A DNA stretch of 64,000 nucleotides from Bilabrum cf. latius (GCA_965178125.1 OZ237776.1:310001-374000); one strand, 5' to 3'; positions 1 through 11,891 are shown, counted from the stretch's first letter. Program-made: numbers and translations. Notes: a model not told the origin generated them from the letters alone.

Positions 1-2
1 AT

Positions 3-3000
3 CAGCTGCCCGCACCCCCGCTGCCATCCACATCTCTGGGCACGAAGCAGATGAATCGGTCGCGGAGATCGGGTGGTGCGAGGCTCGAGCAGCATTCAAA
101 GTATGACTCGCTTGTGGTCGCAGCTTCTGATTCGTCACAGAGACTGCCGGAGGGTGGGGCTGGGCCGGCAGAGCAGCAGCAGACAAGAGTTTTGGGAGCC
201 TCCGCTACGCAGCAAACGCTCTCTGGCATCCGAATGGTCGCAGCACAGAACGCTGGTCAGAGGGGCGCTGTGCTCCTCCGCGGCAGGCGCCAGGAAGCGC
301 CAAGAAACCTGACGGGGCAGACTAGTCAATAGATGTCTAGCCAAGAGCCGGCTGGGCATACCACTCCGAGCGGGTCATCAACTGGAGGAGGACCGGACAA
401 GTCACCCGCGGCATTCTGGGCTGAGATTCAGGCTGCCTAGTCGTAGAAGGTTTCATGGAAGCTCGACAGTGCCACTACTCAGGGTCGCCATGATGGATCT
501 AGGACGCTCGGACTGGCAGAACCCAGCAGGTAGTCAGCACCACCACCGCCTCCCGTGATCCCACCACGGCCATCCAACACTCCAGCGGTTGCATAGTTAA
601 GGTAGTCTGGATCCAGATCCAAGAAGGCGCCCGCTTCCTTGCGCGACAAAGCTACGGCACTTGAGCGTGCCTACTGGAAGGGAAAACTGCCGATGCCCGG
701 AAGCGGCAGCAACGGCAGCGGCGGGGACGATCCATCTGGAGGAGGGCCCATGTAGGCGTCGGCTAGCCCCGGCGAGCAGGCAAGCGAATCCAAAACATCG
801 GTCCTGGTTGGTCACGAGGTTGCCACTGGACAGAAAGGACGTGAAACTGCCCAGTAGACTATCCCAAAGGACCTCGACATCCTAGCCGGACTCAAGCCGC
901 ATGGCACTGCACTGCTTGAGGCCGGCAGCGCATCAACACGGACAGACCGGCCAATGAAGTCGCCGAGCAATGCCACAGACCAATCGCAACTCGCCACAGG
1001 CAAGCCGGATGCTTCAGCTGCACCTGGACGTGGGAAGACTGCGCACTCAGCCGAGCTTCAGCCAGCCGTCCGTCCGACCCGGCTGCCCCCACCACCTCCG
1101 TTGCCGCCGCAGCTGGCTGGGACAGGGCAAGAGACGCATCCAGCCCCACAAGTGGCACGCCAAGGGACTTCAGCATCGATGGCAACTCACGGGCAGTCTA
1201 CCACAGGAACTACTTCGTCGATGGGTGACCTGGTCCGTGACATCACCTCCCCTGATTTCCGTTCGATGGCTGCTGCGTCGAGCCCTGGCGTCCCAGGTAG
1301 GGCGGCTCATGGCGCGGAAAGCAGCCCCAGCTCGAAGCTGGCGTGGTCTCCAAGTGACTCCGATGTGCTCTACGGTCTGGCAGTTCCACTCGGCATGATG
1401 AAGCGTGACGATGAGTTGCACGACGCCGCCAGTGGGGCCGATGAGACCACTGCTAGCAGTGGGCAGAGGAGCGAAGTGATGCATGGCGTGGAGCCTCTAT
1501 CGCGTCGATCGCAGCTCCCAACGCCTCCTCCTCATCCTCAACCAAAAGCCAGCCTTCAGCGGGGTCCTGTGTCTGACCCACTAATGAATGTGGAGCGAGC
1601 CCACTCATTGCGCGTTGGGGGAGCAGTTCCCGCTGCTAGAGCCACGGCCCGTACCCGTCCTCGACCTCGACAAGACATCGATGCTCTCGACTTCTCTGGA
1701 CCTGCACGGGACACTGATCTGAGCTTGAGCAAAGCAGCGACAGCCACGTGGATACAGGCCCTACCCGTCCCTAGAATGCACCAGTAGACCCAGACATAGA
1801 ACAGCCACAGTGTCACGGGGTTAGAATCGATGGCTGCATTATCTTTGCAGGCAAGTGCTGCACCAAATAGCAAGGGCTGGGATGATCCACCACTGCAGCG
1901 GCCCATGCAGAGTCCAGGCCACGGCACGCAATCAGAGCGCCGAGATTCCTCTTCGAGCCCAAAATCGGAGGTGCAGCGGCCCATGCAGAATCCAGACCAC
2001 GGCACGCAATCAGAGCGCCGAGATTCCTCGTCGAGCTCAAAATCGGGGGTGCAGCGGGCCTGGCAGGCCTACAGGCGCAAGTCGATGGGCAGAGGGCGGG
2101 AAGCAGGGCGTAATTCCCCCGGGAGTGGATCGATTCGGAGAATCCCAAGTAGAGGCAGCAGTATTGCCGGGGCGGAAGCTGGCGGTGACAGCGGCGGTAT
2201 CCAATCCACCGCCGCACCGCCGCCCCGCCATCCGCCATCCCCCTTGCTGCAAGCAGTGCTAGTTATGGAGGGACACTCTGGCGCTGCCTCCTCCTCCAGC
2301 CGTCGATCTGAATCCAGTCGCGCCAGCGGTAGCAGCGGGAGTCGCTCCAGCGCATTCCGTCAAGCAGGAGGCATCATGGGGATCGACCGGCCCGACCCCC
2401 AGAGGCTGGGGCCTTCTGGCCGGCGCAAATCCACCATGGGATTGTCTCGGCGCAAATCGGTGATGCGACCAAGAGAACAGAAACACCGCCGATCGGTAGG
2501 GTCTAGCCAAGCACTCGGTAGTGACCACAACGAGACCCAGAATGGCCGTGCACCCGAGCAGAAGTTTGCAGAGGGTGCCACTGGCACAGCCGTGGAGGGT
2601 GCCACTGGCACAGCCGCGATAGGGGCTGTTTCTGGCAACGCTATGGCCGACGATGGCGGTACTGGTGATGGTATGAGTCATCGGCCCAGTGACGTGTCTC
2701 TGATTGACGCTGGGTTCATCGCACCGTCACCGCAGCTGGGTCCCATCTATGGCAGCGGTAATGGTGGGGCATCTACATCATTGGAAATTCCTAGTACAGG
2801 CGACAGTGCGCGTCATCCTATGGAAGCTGGCGAGAGCGCAGAGGATAGGGTCTCTGAGGAATGGGGCGACCTGAGTCGAGTGGAGCGGCGCGTGAGTCGG
2901 GTGGGAACCGAGCTGGAAATCGAGCTGGAGCTTGACGCCAGCCTGGATGACGCGCAGGACGCTGAAGAGGCCCATGGATCCAGAGAGCGGGATTCTTCCT

Positions 3001-4181
3001 ACAGTTAGATCGCTGCAATAGTGAGCCAGGGTGGTGCAGACGATAGAGGGATCCCGGTCGTGCCTGCTCCGAACCCGAAACGCGTTCATGGTGCAACCGA
3101 CGGTCAGGCAAAGACCGGGACATCTTCATCATAGGAGGATGTCCCGGATGCAAGCTCTCCAGCAGCTGCAGGCAGAATCAGGCTGCACTCAACGGCTAGC
3201 AGCGCAGGAGGGCGCACTGCTGGCACGGCTGCCTCTTTGACGGCAGGCACGTGGCATCGGCACGACTCCGAGGGGCTCGTTGAGGAGGCCATGTAGCCAG
3301 GGAGTCAAGCAAAGGCAGACATGCCTGGTATCTCACATCCCCAGGTAGATGTTGCACGGGCCCCTGTGGCGTCCAATGAAACCGAGCTCACCCGCCCCAG
3401 GTCAAACCCGTGCCTGAGGCCACCGTACGATGGTACCAGGTCACCCCCTGTGCCGCTGCATGCTGCATGGCCGTTCGTGCCCCGACCACTGCTCGAACAC
3501 GCCAAAAAATTCCCGCAGTGGCCACAGCTACGCAGAGAGTGCAGCGGGCGGCTTGTAGGTCGCAGGGGCGACGGGCTCGTGGTGGAGGTAGATGCGCGAG
3601 CTCTGGAAGCCGTGTTTGGAATCGGTGCGACAAGGCCCACCGAATCTGGCTAGGATGTCACCTCGTCATCGGCGCGGCCTGGGGCCACAGGTGGTGCAAA
3701 GGATACCCGTCGGTTGGTGCTGCTGCACATTCCACTCACGGCTCGACCTCGTGCTCCCGTCCCAGTGCGCCGCATGGCCCCGAGGATCCGACTGGCCATG
3801 ATTCCGCAAGCGTACGGCAAGGACGATGACGAGACAGGTTTTCCGGAGGACCTGCAGGACAGCGCGGTGAAACTTAGCGATGGTCGTGGTGCCAGTGGTG
3901 CCGAGGCAGCACACACAGCGGCCGGCAGCGGGTCTGCAGGGGAAGGACAAGCCGCCATTGGGCAGGCAGAGCCTCCCCTGGTTCCACGGGCACTACCGTC
4001 GCCGGCCTCCTCTAAGGCATCATCCGCGTGGAATGGAACGCCTCGCCGCATGCCGCACAGCCCGTGGAGGCCTAGAGACTTCGTGGGCAAGTCTTCACCG
4101 CAACCCAATTGGAAGAAGTGGGACAGGAGGCTGTGGGTGCACTGGCTGGACGATTCAAAGCTCACAGATGGGCTCGGCTGA
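3..4181 (+). CDS. Hypothetical protein, 5'-truncated (>1390 aa). Long S/G/P/A-rich disordered region with a more ordered C-terminal segment; read through ~14 in-frame TAG
   Basis: ORFs 51-332, 954-1787, 1830-3008, 3321-3653 and 3714-4181 share one frame. The first four end in TAG, and the gaps, translated by hand, contain only TAG. The first TGA is at 4179-4181. The context MHQ*TQT*NSH is Gln-rich. Confidence 0.75.
1893..2057 (+). repeat. 78-nt coding tandem duplication (QRPMQ(S/N)P(G/D)HGTQSERRDSSSS(P/S)KS), ~2.1 copies
   Basis: Near-identical units start at 1893 and 1971; a partial third begins at 2049. Confidence 0.9.
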
Positions 4182-4420
4182 TCCTGTGGGCCCAGCATCC
4201 GGATTTCGGATCTGACCTGGAACCCTGTCTGCAGTGCAGAGCTTGGGGGAGCAAACCTGAAGGATATCCAGGTGATCCTGTACTTTGTAGGGATCTAGTA
4301 TGCAGTGGCAAAACAGATTATTGCTTGCGTTACGTAACCTTCCCTCAAAGGATCAAGAAGTTGCGCCACAAACAATCCATCTACAAGGCGAGGCATCACG
4401 CCCATGCCAGACCCACCACA

Positions 4421-5757
4421 TCACACTAGTCTTCCCTGGGCCCACTCCCCCTCTGGGTAGAACGAAGCAACCACCTTTTGGTCTCCAAACGACCTTCCAT
4501 GCATCTTGCCAAAGGCCACCTTGGCCCCATCCAGTGTCCCGTAAGCAACGTAAACGCACCCAGCGCCCGGCTGCCCCTACCTCGGCACCCTGATCGCCTC
4601 CAGGGGACCGAACTTGGCGCATTCGTCACGAACGTCCTCCTCGATCCCAGCCATCTCCTCGTTGTCCGCCAGATCTGCGGCCGTGACCAGCTGCGCCAAC
4701 CGCAGGATTCGTGTCGGTGACCCCGCCTCCGGGGGAAAGGAGAGGGCAGCCGATGCACCTGCCCCGCCGGCTGCAGCTGCTGCAGCGGGAGGCACCTGCA
4801 TGGGAGGCGCTTGCGGGGGCGCGGCTGCCGGGGCATTCGGATCCTTGGCGTGGTTGACCGTGATGGCTCTCCCGCCCACCTGCATGCCGTTGAGCTTCTC
4901 GATCATGACCTGGCATGCGCTCGGGTCCACCGGCTCCACGAAACCGTACCCCCTCGATGCCCCCGTGGCATCCCTGACGAGGTTCACCGCCCTGATCTCG
5001 CCGAAGAGCTTGAAGATCTCCAGGAGGCCCGCCTCCTCCATCCCAGTGGGCAGTCCGCCCACGAACACCTTGGGCCCCTGGGGCCGCATGCCCTCCGGAC
5101 CGCTGCCCGCCTGGAACCTGAGCCCCTCGAGGTTAACCGGCTCCGTCTTGTCCCGCAGAGCTGGCGGCACCTTCGTCTCGTCATAGTCCTTGGGCCGCTT
5201 CAGCTTGAGGTGCTCCCCTGGGCGCACCTCCACCCCGTCTAGCAGCAGCCCAGTCGTGCACAGCTCCATCGTGGCGAACTCAACGAACCCGAACTTCTTC
5301 GTGTCCTTCACGAACACCTCCAGGATGGGGCTGCTCCCCGCCGGGAGGCTCGCACTCGTCACACGCTCCTTGTAGATCTGCTCCAGGAACTGCCTCAGCT
5401 CCAGCTCGTTCATCCCGTTCAGGTTACCTACGTAGAGCCGCCGAGCATGCCTTGTCTACTAGTTGGTCATGCCACCAGCAGCACCCGGGAGCACCAAAGC
5501 CGCAGAGCCGGCTCCCTGCGCGCCTGCCTGGGCCTGCGCTACTGCCATCAGTGCCTCAGGCTTGATATCGAACAGGCTTCGCATCCCCCTTCGGCGGCGA
5601 TCCTCCCGTCGCTTGTACCAGCTTGCCTATGTGTCTACACTATCCTAAGAATCGGATCGGCGACGACCTCCGGAGCTAGGACCATCGTCACGTTCACGTC
5701 GCTTGATTGCTGAACCGGGCGCATGGGCTGTTGCTGCCGTTGCAGGTGGTGCTCCAC
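4421..5757 (-). CDS. U2AF2: Splicing factor U2AF large subunit (short RS-like/ULM region, RRM1, RRM2, C-terminal UHM); 5' exon not resolved
   Basis: Motifs RRRRGMRSLFDIKP, MTN**TRHARRLYVGNL, KKFGFVEF, KVFVGGLP, RGYGFVE, EDVRDECAKFG...IRVPR*GQPGAGCVYVAY...MHGRSFGDQKVVASFY...GRLV, then TGA at 4423-4421. In-frame TAG at 4577, 5456, 5459, 5627, 5645. Likely acceptor cgcacag|GT at 5758/5757. Confidence 0.92.
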
Positions 5758-5832
5758 CTGTGCGAGGGATAATCCAAAGAATATCAACAAGATCATTCTC
5801 GATAATGATTCTGAGGCACAGTTGCAGCGCGG
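5699..5832. repeat. Copy A of a diverged ~135-bp direct repeat; overlaps the U2AF65 5' exon start and its putative acceptor
   Basis: Aligns by eye with 9040-9174: shared tcgc..gattgct..a.cgggcgcat.ggctg, aggtggtgctccacctgtgcg and tgattctga.gcacagttgc.gcg.gg. Confidence 0.85.
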
Positions 5833-6797
5833 ATAAATAGCAACGGTGCTGTAGCAGTGATGCAAGTGATAAGACGAATCGAAGCGCGTCACTGTGAGTG
5901 TGGCATGGAAACACACCATGTCAAAGGCATTGTAATGCAAATCAAGTGGTCAGGATTTTCTTCTCACTTTGTTCCGACATTGCCAGTTATTGCCCTAAAA
6001 ATGGCAGACCAACCAAAATCAGTACAGAAATACAGAAATACATTGTTGGGTAAAGATTCCACAAGCACCCAGATGCACCGTTGCCCCCGAAGGAGTTCGA
6101 GTGATCACCTGAATCCAGAGGAGTCCTCAAACAAGGACTACAAGACCCCCGACCCTTTCAGGCCAAAGGCCCCCCAATCTCAGCCTACACCGCCGAGTCC
6201 CCTTTATTCGCCATCAATGTGGTCCCCCACAAGCCCTCAGCCTGATGCCTTCACAGGGAGAAAGCATACAGGTGCGGAGCATGTGCCCGGCACAAAGCGC
6301 GGTCCAGTCCCACATCAGGGTCCCCTGCCGGGACCCACCATTTCCTCCTCCATGACCGTCTCTGCGTCTCACGGTCCTTCAGAGAGGCTAGCATGCACGC
6401 GCTCATGCCTTTGGCCCATTGCCTCTCTATGTCCCTTAGCAAGCCGTGGGGCTTAAACATCCGTCGCTGTAGCCGAGCGTTCGCATTGGTTGCCGCTATC
6501 AGCTCTTGCGTGGCCGTGGCGGCAAGAGCAGCCGCCGCATCGCCTCGCATCCACTGCCTGCACGTCAGCTACTATAAAATCAGTTTTGTATGTGCTAGTA
6601 GCGAGCCAATTTCGGGGTTCCGTCTACACCCTACACTAGGCACCCTAGGAAGCATTCTGGTATTCCTGATGAAAGATCTGGAAATTCCAATTTCCAGGTG
6701 CATCGATCGCTCTGCTTCATCACCATTGGTCCGATGATGAGGAAGTTGGCATCGTGTGCATTGCGTCAATACTCCGTCAGATCACAGCCGAAGGAAC

Positions 6798-8867
6798 ATG
6801 TTTCTGTCTTCTCTGGATGCATGTGCACAGGATCCAGATTTTCCGATGACGGTGGTCACGGGCACGGGGTCCAAGGTAGCATGGTTGGTGTATGACCGGC
6901 CTCGCGACGTGGATTTCAAGACGCAGAAAGACAAGTTCCACATGTACTGGCTCTAGTATGAGTACTCAGAGCTGGAGATATGTCTCATGCTGTCCCGACA
7001 AGGCAAGAAAGGACACAGGCTGCAGAATGACGTATTGCGATGGGTTCCTTCGTACTCTACGGATGACGGGCCAATCGATATTGAGCTGTTGACAACAGAC
7101 GTTGACAAGGCTCTGCCTGAGGATGTGACTCTAGCACTCGCCTTGGCCGTTGTGCGAGCTTCTGGGTACGAACCAGCATCAGTCTCGGCATCTGACAGCG
7201 CAAAGGCAGTGGACAGCCACTGGATTGAGACGGGGCAGGTGGTGCATCCCAGCCTCGATCACGTCGTCAAGGGCATTCGGGCCGACGCCAGTGGGAATCT
7301 CGAAGTTTGGCAGGAATCCAAAGCCAGGCCGGGACGATTGACTTTGCAGGCCGCCAAGGAAGCGCTGAAAGACGAGCGGGTGCTGCATGCTGCATATGCA
7401 TCGAGGTCCAAGGTCGTGCGGCGAGTTTGGCAGACTGGCATGACGGCACGCAGCCTCAATGGCATCAATATCGAAGATGATGAGACGAACGAGAAGCTGC
7501 ACGAATGGCACCAACGCATGCACAACAACACAAACGGCTTCCAAGAGGTCATGCTTGCGCTCCTGGATTGCATGTATGAGGCCAATCCAAATTGGCAAAG
7601 GGATGTGTTTGCTAACCCTCTGAAGCCGCCGAAAGCTGTCACAGTCCGGAGGCTGCTTGAGAGGCACACAGCCATGCACCGCAACGCTGCAGTCGAGAAT
7701 ATCGAGGAGTTCTAGAAGCAGCTCAATGATTGGAGACTCGAGCAGCTTGTGGCTTACCGGGCGGCGTCTGAGCAAGCCAGCTTTCGTAGCGAGACGTCAC
7801 TACCGACTGTCGGTTTCTTGAGCAGCATGTTTGCTTTTCTAGCCTTGCGGTGGAGCCTGATGCGAAATCTCTTCGTGACGAGGCGAGAATACTGGGCGAT
7901 CCACAAGCAGACGGGACAGCTCGGGGAAGACTTCGAGCTCGTGGTGGCTGAGTCTATGCACCGCAACTTCGTGTCCAAAGTGCTGGCCAAGAACTTCATG
8001 CCGTCCATCCCTCGTTACCTTTGGGAGAAGGAGGACGGTTCTCTCGAAGAGGGTCTTGTAAAGCACGACAGGACACAAGTGTTCGAAGGCGGAAATATTT
8101 CGATCCAGCTCACGAAGACCAATTGGGGCCAGAACCCGAGCAGGGAGAAAATGATCGGTCGTGTGCTCAAGGAGGTGCCTGATAGGCAGGGAGGAGATCT
8201 CGTGGTGATCCTCGAAGACACAGAGGAGCGCGACCCGCAGAAGTACCACTTGATTCGGATCCAGGTCAAGGCAGGCGGTGCAGACAAGGAACTCGAGCGG
8301 GAAAACTTCAAGGGGTTCTTGTCTCGCAACAACGTCAAGAAAGCCCTGCAGATGTATGCCGAAGCTTTAGGCGTGCAACCTGAGCAGCTTGAAATGCACA
8401 GGCTGCTGTTAACTCCGAAGAAGCTTGCAAAGAAGGCTACTAGTTTGTTTCATGCGCACGACCGCAGTGGTAACCTTGTCATGGGTGCAGCAGGGGTTGC
8501 GGACTCGAGCACCCCTGAGCTTGTCGTGGGCGAGCTCGGCGACAAGAAGCCGGACATCCACGACGACGACGACACGTCGAACCTTTATTGCCTCGACCAC
8601 GACGACTACCAGGAGTTCCTGTTTGCGGATGCAAGGGTGCTCTCTGCGAGGATCTGGGCGAATGCTGCGGGTGATGTCAAGGAGAAGAAGCGCCTGATGC
8701 AGAAAGCGGACAATCTCGAGAGAAGTCTGAGCGGCTTGTTGGATCCGAAATCGCGCAGGGTTGAATCCAGTGCGCCTTCAGACCAGGAGGCCTGGACGGT
8801 GCAGTTCCCCATCAAGGACACTGACAGTGCTAGCCTTGCAACTGATCCCGGCTCTAGAGTCGCTTGA
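6798..8867 (+). CDS. Putative PD-(D/E)XK restriction-endonuclease-fold protein (~690 aa), possibly Crinkler/RHS-type NTPase-remnant + REase; start uncertain
   Basis: ORFs 6756-6956, 6987-7715 and 7749-8867 are in one frame, joined through TAG at 6954 and 7713, and end at TGA. Motif VPDRQGGDLVVIL...LIRIQVKAG (8175-8280) fits the D...(Q/E)xK REase core. N-terminal hhhTGTG strand (MTVVTGTGS). Upstream TGA TGA at 6735-6740. Confidence 0.6.
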
Positions 8868-9039
8868 CCTCTTGGCGACAGCCCTCGCCTAGGCTTGCCC
8901 CCCGAGAAGAAAGGTTGAAGGCGTCACTGTCGAGCCCAAGCCCAAGTACTCTTTCCCAATGGTGTCCCGGTTCCAGCTGGATGGCTCTGGGGGCCTGAAC
9001 GGCCCGAGTGCCGCATCATAGTAACTCGGGGACTTCTCC

Positions 9040-9174
9040 TCGCTGGATTGCTAAATCGGGCGCATCGGCTGCTGACGCCGTTGTTAAAGGTGGTGCTCCA
9101 CCTGTGCGGGAGGAAACGCAAATAATACCAAATACTGCTTTTTGATCTGATTCTGATGCACAGTTGCTGCGTGG
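9040..9174. repeat. Copy B of the diverged ~135-bp direct repeat (degenerate duplicate of the U2AF65 5' exon start)
   Basis: Minus-strand translation GGAPPLTTASAADAPDLAIQR versus GGAPPATAATAHAPGSAIKR in copy A. Copy B runs into TGA at 9018-9016. Confidence 0.85.
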
Positions 9175-9973
9175 TTTTTTTTTGTTGGACATCAGGGCTG
9201 AAGGGGAGCAGAATTGATTCAGAATATGGAGATGGGTGCCGAGGGCCAGGAAGAGGAGAGGGACAAGAGGGGGACACAGGCACAGGCGACGATTGTGCGG
9301 TGTCAATGGGATTACACAATGGAAGGAAAGGGGTTTCAGGTGCGAGGCACAGGGGATACGCGAGGGGCAGTAGGCTGAATGGCCAGCAGCGCGCAGAGGG
9401 CCAACAGGCGAGCGGATGGACGGGACGCCCGGCAGGTCGGCGAGACCTGTGCGTGGAAGCTGAGAGGATGGGGTCATGGTCGCGATGCAGGGAGCAGTGC
9501 ACAAGTACCAAAGATCCTAGGGCGAGGAACGGGTACGGGAACCCATATAGCGATGAGTACTAGTATCAGAGTCATACCGCATTTAAATTGGCTAGTCCAG
9601 AACCAGTTGCTTGGGGTGAAGCCCAGTGTGTCCGCGGGACTGGTGCCAGGATTTTTCTTTCTATAGCATCTGTGCTGGGGTGCGTGGTAAGAACGAATCC
9701 AAGAGCAATGGTGAAACTATGGATAGATATGCCGCATGGTATCTATACCATGTTTCTTCATCCTGTTTCTTGTCTTTGTTTCCAGCCTGGCTCACAAACC
9801 CGTAGAGCATGGGGAGTGGGGAATGGTGCTATTGGCACACTTTTGTCCATAGTTGGTTGCCTCCCTGGCTACCGCCAACCTTCGGTAGGGCCTTAATTGG
9901 AGTCCTAAGAGAGAAAGCTACAAGAAATAAATATTGTATTTTCCAATTGCATGCATAGTGTTAGGCCAGGTCG

Positions 9974-10402
9974 TCATGCTCGCGTGTACCCGAGCCCCTT
10001 GATCCGGTCCTTGGATAGGACCAGCCGCGCCCAGGGGTCCCTCTCGCTCAATACGAAGAAAGACCGCTGCAGCACCCACAGCCACAGCGCCCCTGCGCCG
10101 AGAGTCGCGACCAGCACGCACCACACGAGGCCCATCACCAGGGTATCCTCTGCAAGCACCAGCACCACGAAGTTCAGCGCCGCGAGGCCGTAGAAATCCA
10201 CGAGTGTCGCTGACATCCACGGGGTGAGCAGCTCCATTCGGAATGGTGACCCGTCCGTCACGCACGTGTAGACTATCGCTGTTGCAACAACCACGGTCAG
10301 CATTGCGGAGGCCACTCGAAGAAACAGGAGGCCATTTGAGCCGATGGCATCATTCGATTGAAGGGGCATTCGTTCGTTTGCGGAAACGTACGTGGCATCC
10401 AT
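9974..10402 (-). CDS. DUF1475-like small multi-pass membrane protein (142 aa)
   Basis: Motif YTCVTDGSPFRMELLTPWMSATLVDFY matches my recollection of the DUF1475 signature. 3-4 hydrophobic helices. TGA stop. Confidence 0.8.
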   Translation of the reverse strand: MDATYVSANERMPLQSNDAIGSNGLLFLRVASAMLTVVVATAIVYTCVTDGSPFRMELLTPWMSATLVDFYGLAALNFVVLVLAEDTLVMGLVWCVLVATLGAGALWLWVLQRSFFVLSERDPWARLVLSKDRIKGLGYTRA

Positions 10403-10714
10403 ACAGCCGTATTTGCTTCGTTCGCCGCTTCACTAAATGCTGACGGCGATACCTGTGAAATAGGTTGGGACACGTCACTAGGACGATTTGGCTCGTAAGC
10501 TCAATTATGGCTATCATTCCAATTGAAAGTGCGTTTGAACAGATATCAAAATATAGAAGTGACATATTATAGGAAAACATGCGGGCAGTACTCACGTGAA
10601 CGTTGGGGATTGTACAGGATCCTTGCTTGCAGTTGTGCAAAAAAACGAAAGTTCGATTTCGGTAATGAGGACGAGGAATCCGTGTCGACATGAAGGGGCT
10701 CATTATTGACTAAT

Positions 10715-11395
10715 ATGGCCCAGTTGTCGAGCAGCAGCGATCGAACAGAGTTAGATATTTCCAAAGATTAGAGCGATGCGCTAAAGTTGGCAGCAGCTCA
10801 GCCGGCATCGTCAAGTTCTGGTAATCGGGTTGCACAAGCTTTGCGCACGTTGCCCGCAACGGCAGAAGCCGCGGATACTGGAATGGGACAATCGGCTGTG
10901 TTTTCCGATACTTCTGTGCTTGAAGTCGTGGCGGACGCTATCCGGTAGGGCGTGGCTGGCGCTGAGGCCGCTCGAGCTCTGCAACGAAGTGGTTTGCAAT
11001 CGGAGTCTGCTGCAGCCGGACTGGCTACAGACACTGCATCCACAATCAAATCTGAAGGACGAGGAGGCGGACTACTAGATACAACTGTGGCCCGGCTGCC
11101 GGTCCTGCGAGATTTGCGCTGGAGGCTTGATTGGCTGGCTTCGTCGTCGGCGCGCGGTTCAGTGGGCGAGCCCGCGGCGGTGCTCACTTTCATCATCGAG
11201 GATCCACCGGCTGCGCGCGCAGACGAGCGATCTGCAGCAGAGGATGAAGCCTCACACGGTGGTCCGGGGCCCGCTGCCGCCAGGTTTCGCACTGTGGAGG
11301 TAGGATGCAACGCGCACAGGCTGCAGTCGCTGCTGGAGGCCGTGGAGGCAGCCTGCAAAACAGCAGAGAAAATTGGTGCAGGGTCTGCGCTTTGA
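10715..11395 (+). CDS. COMM-domain protein (COMMD family, most like COMMD3), 226 aa
   Basis: COMM signature LPVLRDLRWRLDWLASS...EPAAVLTF...VGCNAHRLQSLLEAVEAACKTAEKI. A typical ~200-aa length is obtained only by reading TAG at 10769 and 10946 from ATG 10715. TGA stop. Confidence 0.8.
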
Positions 11396-11891
11396 TGTCG
11401 CCATCTTCAAGAGGTCCTCGAAGCCATCTGGTCAGATTTCTCCCCAGCTCTATGACGGCGAGAGGCCTGTCCTACACGCAGTGGAGGTACCTGATAACCT
11501 TAACGCAGAAAAGGGCCTTTCTGTTGCTCGGGCACTTCTGTGTTAATGCACGGATGGGTATCTATGCTTCAGCATGGGCGTTAAAGTACAGTATCGATAA
11601 GTTAGTAATGATTCAATTATGTCACACGGACGGCCATTTCACTCTTCCGCCGCCTATCTCCTCCAGTCGTACAAGTCACGTCGCGAGCTCTACACACGAC
11701 TGCGCTGGCTTCATCATCCTGCATTCATCGGCTCCGATCGAATGTGGAATAGGGGCGGCCGATGGGTCCGCAAGCAGCGCTTTTCCTTCCTTCCACTCCT
11801 CATTCCCACCCCCTCTTCCCCCGGTCCCTCATTGCTAGCGCGGCCGTCTATGACTCTACCGTGCCGATTGGGAGTCATCGTCCTTGGTACA

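Noticed and set aside
5456-5461. Pyrrolysine insertion or leaky programmed readthrough
   Set aside because: Pyrrolysine is not known in eukaryotes. Tandem TAGTAG and ~150 TAG in one ORF are incompatible with low-efficiency readthrough.
10620-10680. Possible tRNA (GTTCGA T-loop-like motif), sought as a CUA suppressor
   Set aside because: No acceptor, D or anticodon stems can be formed around it. No tRNA was found in the intergenic regions.
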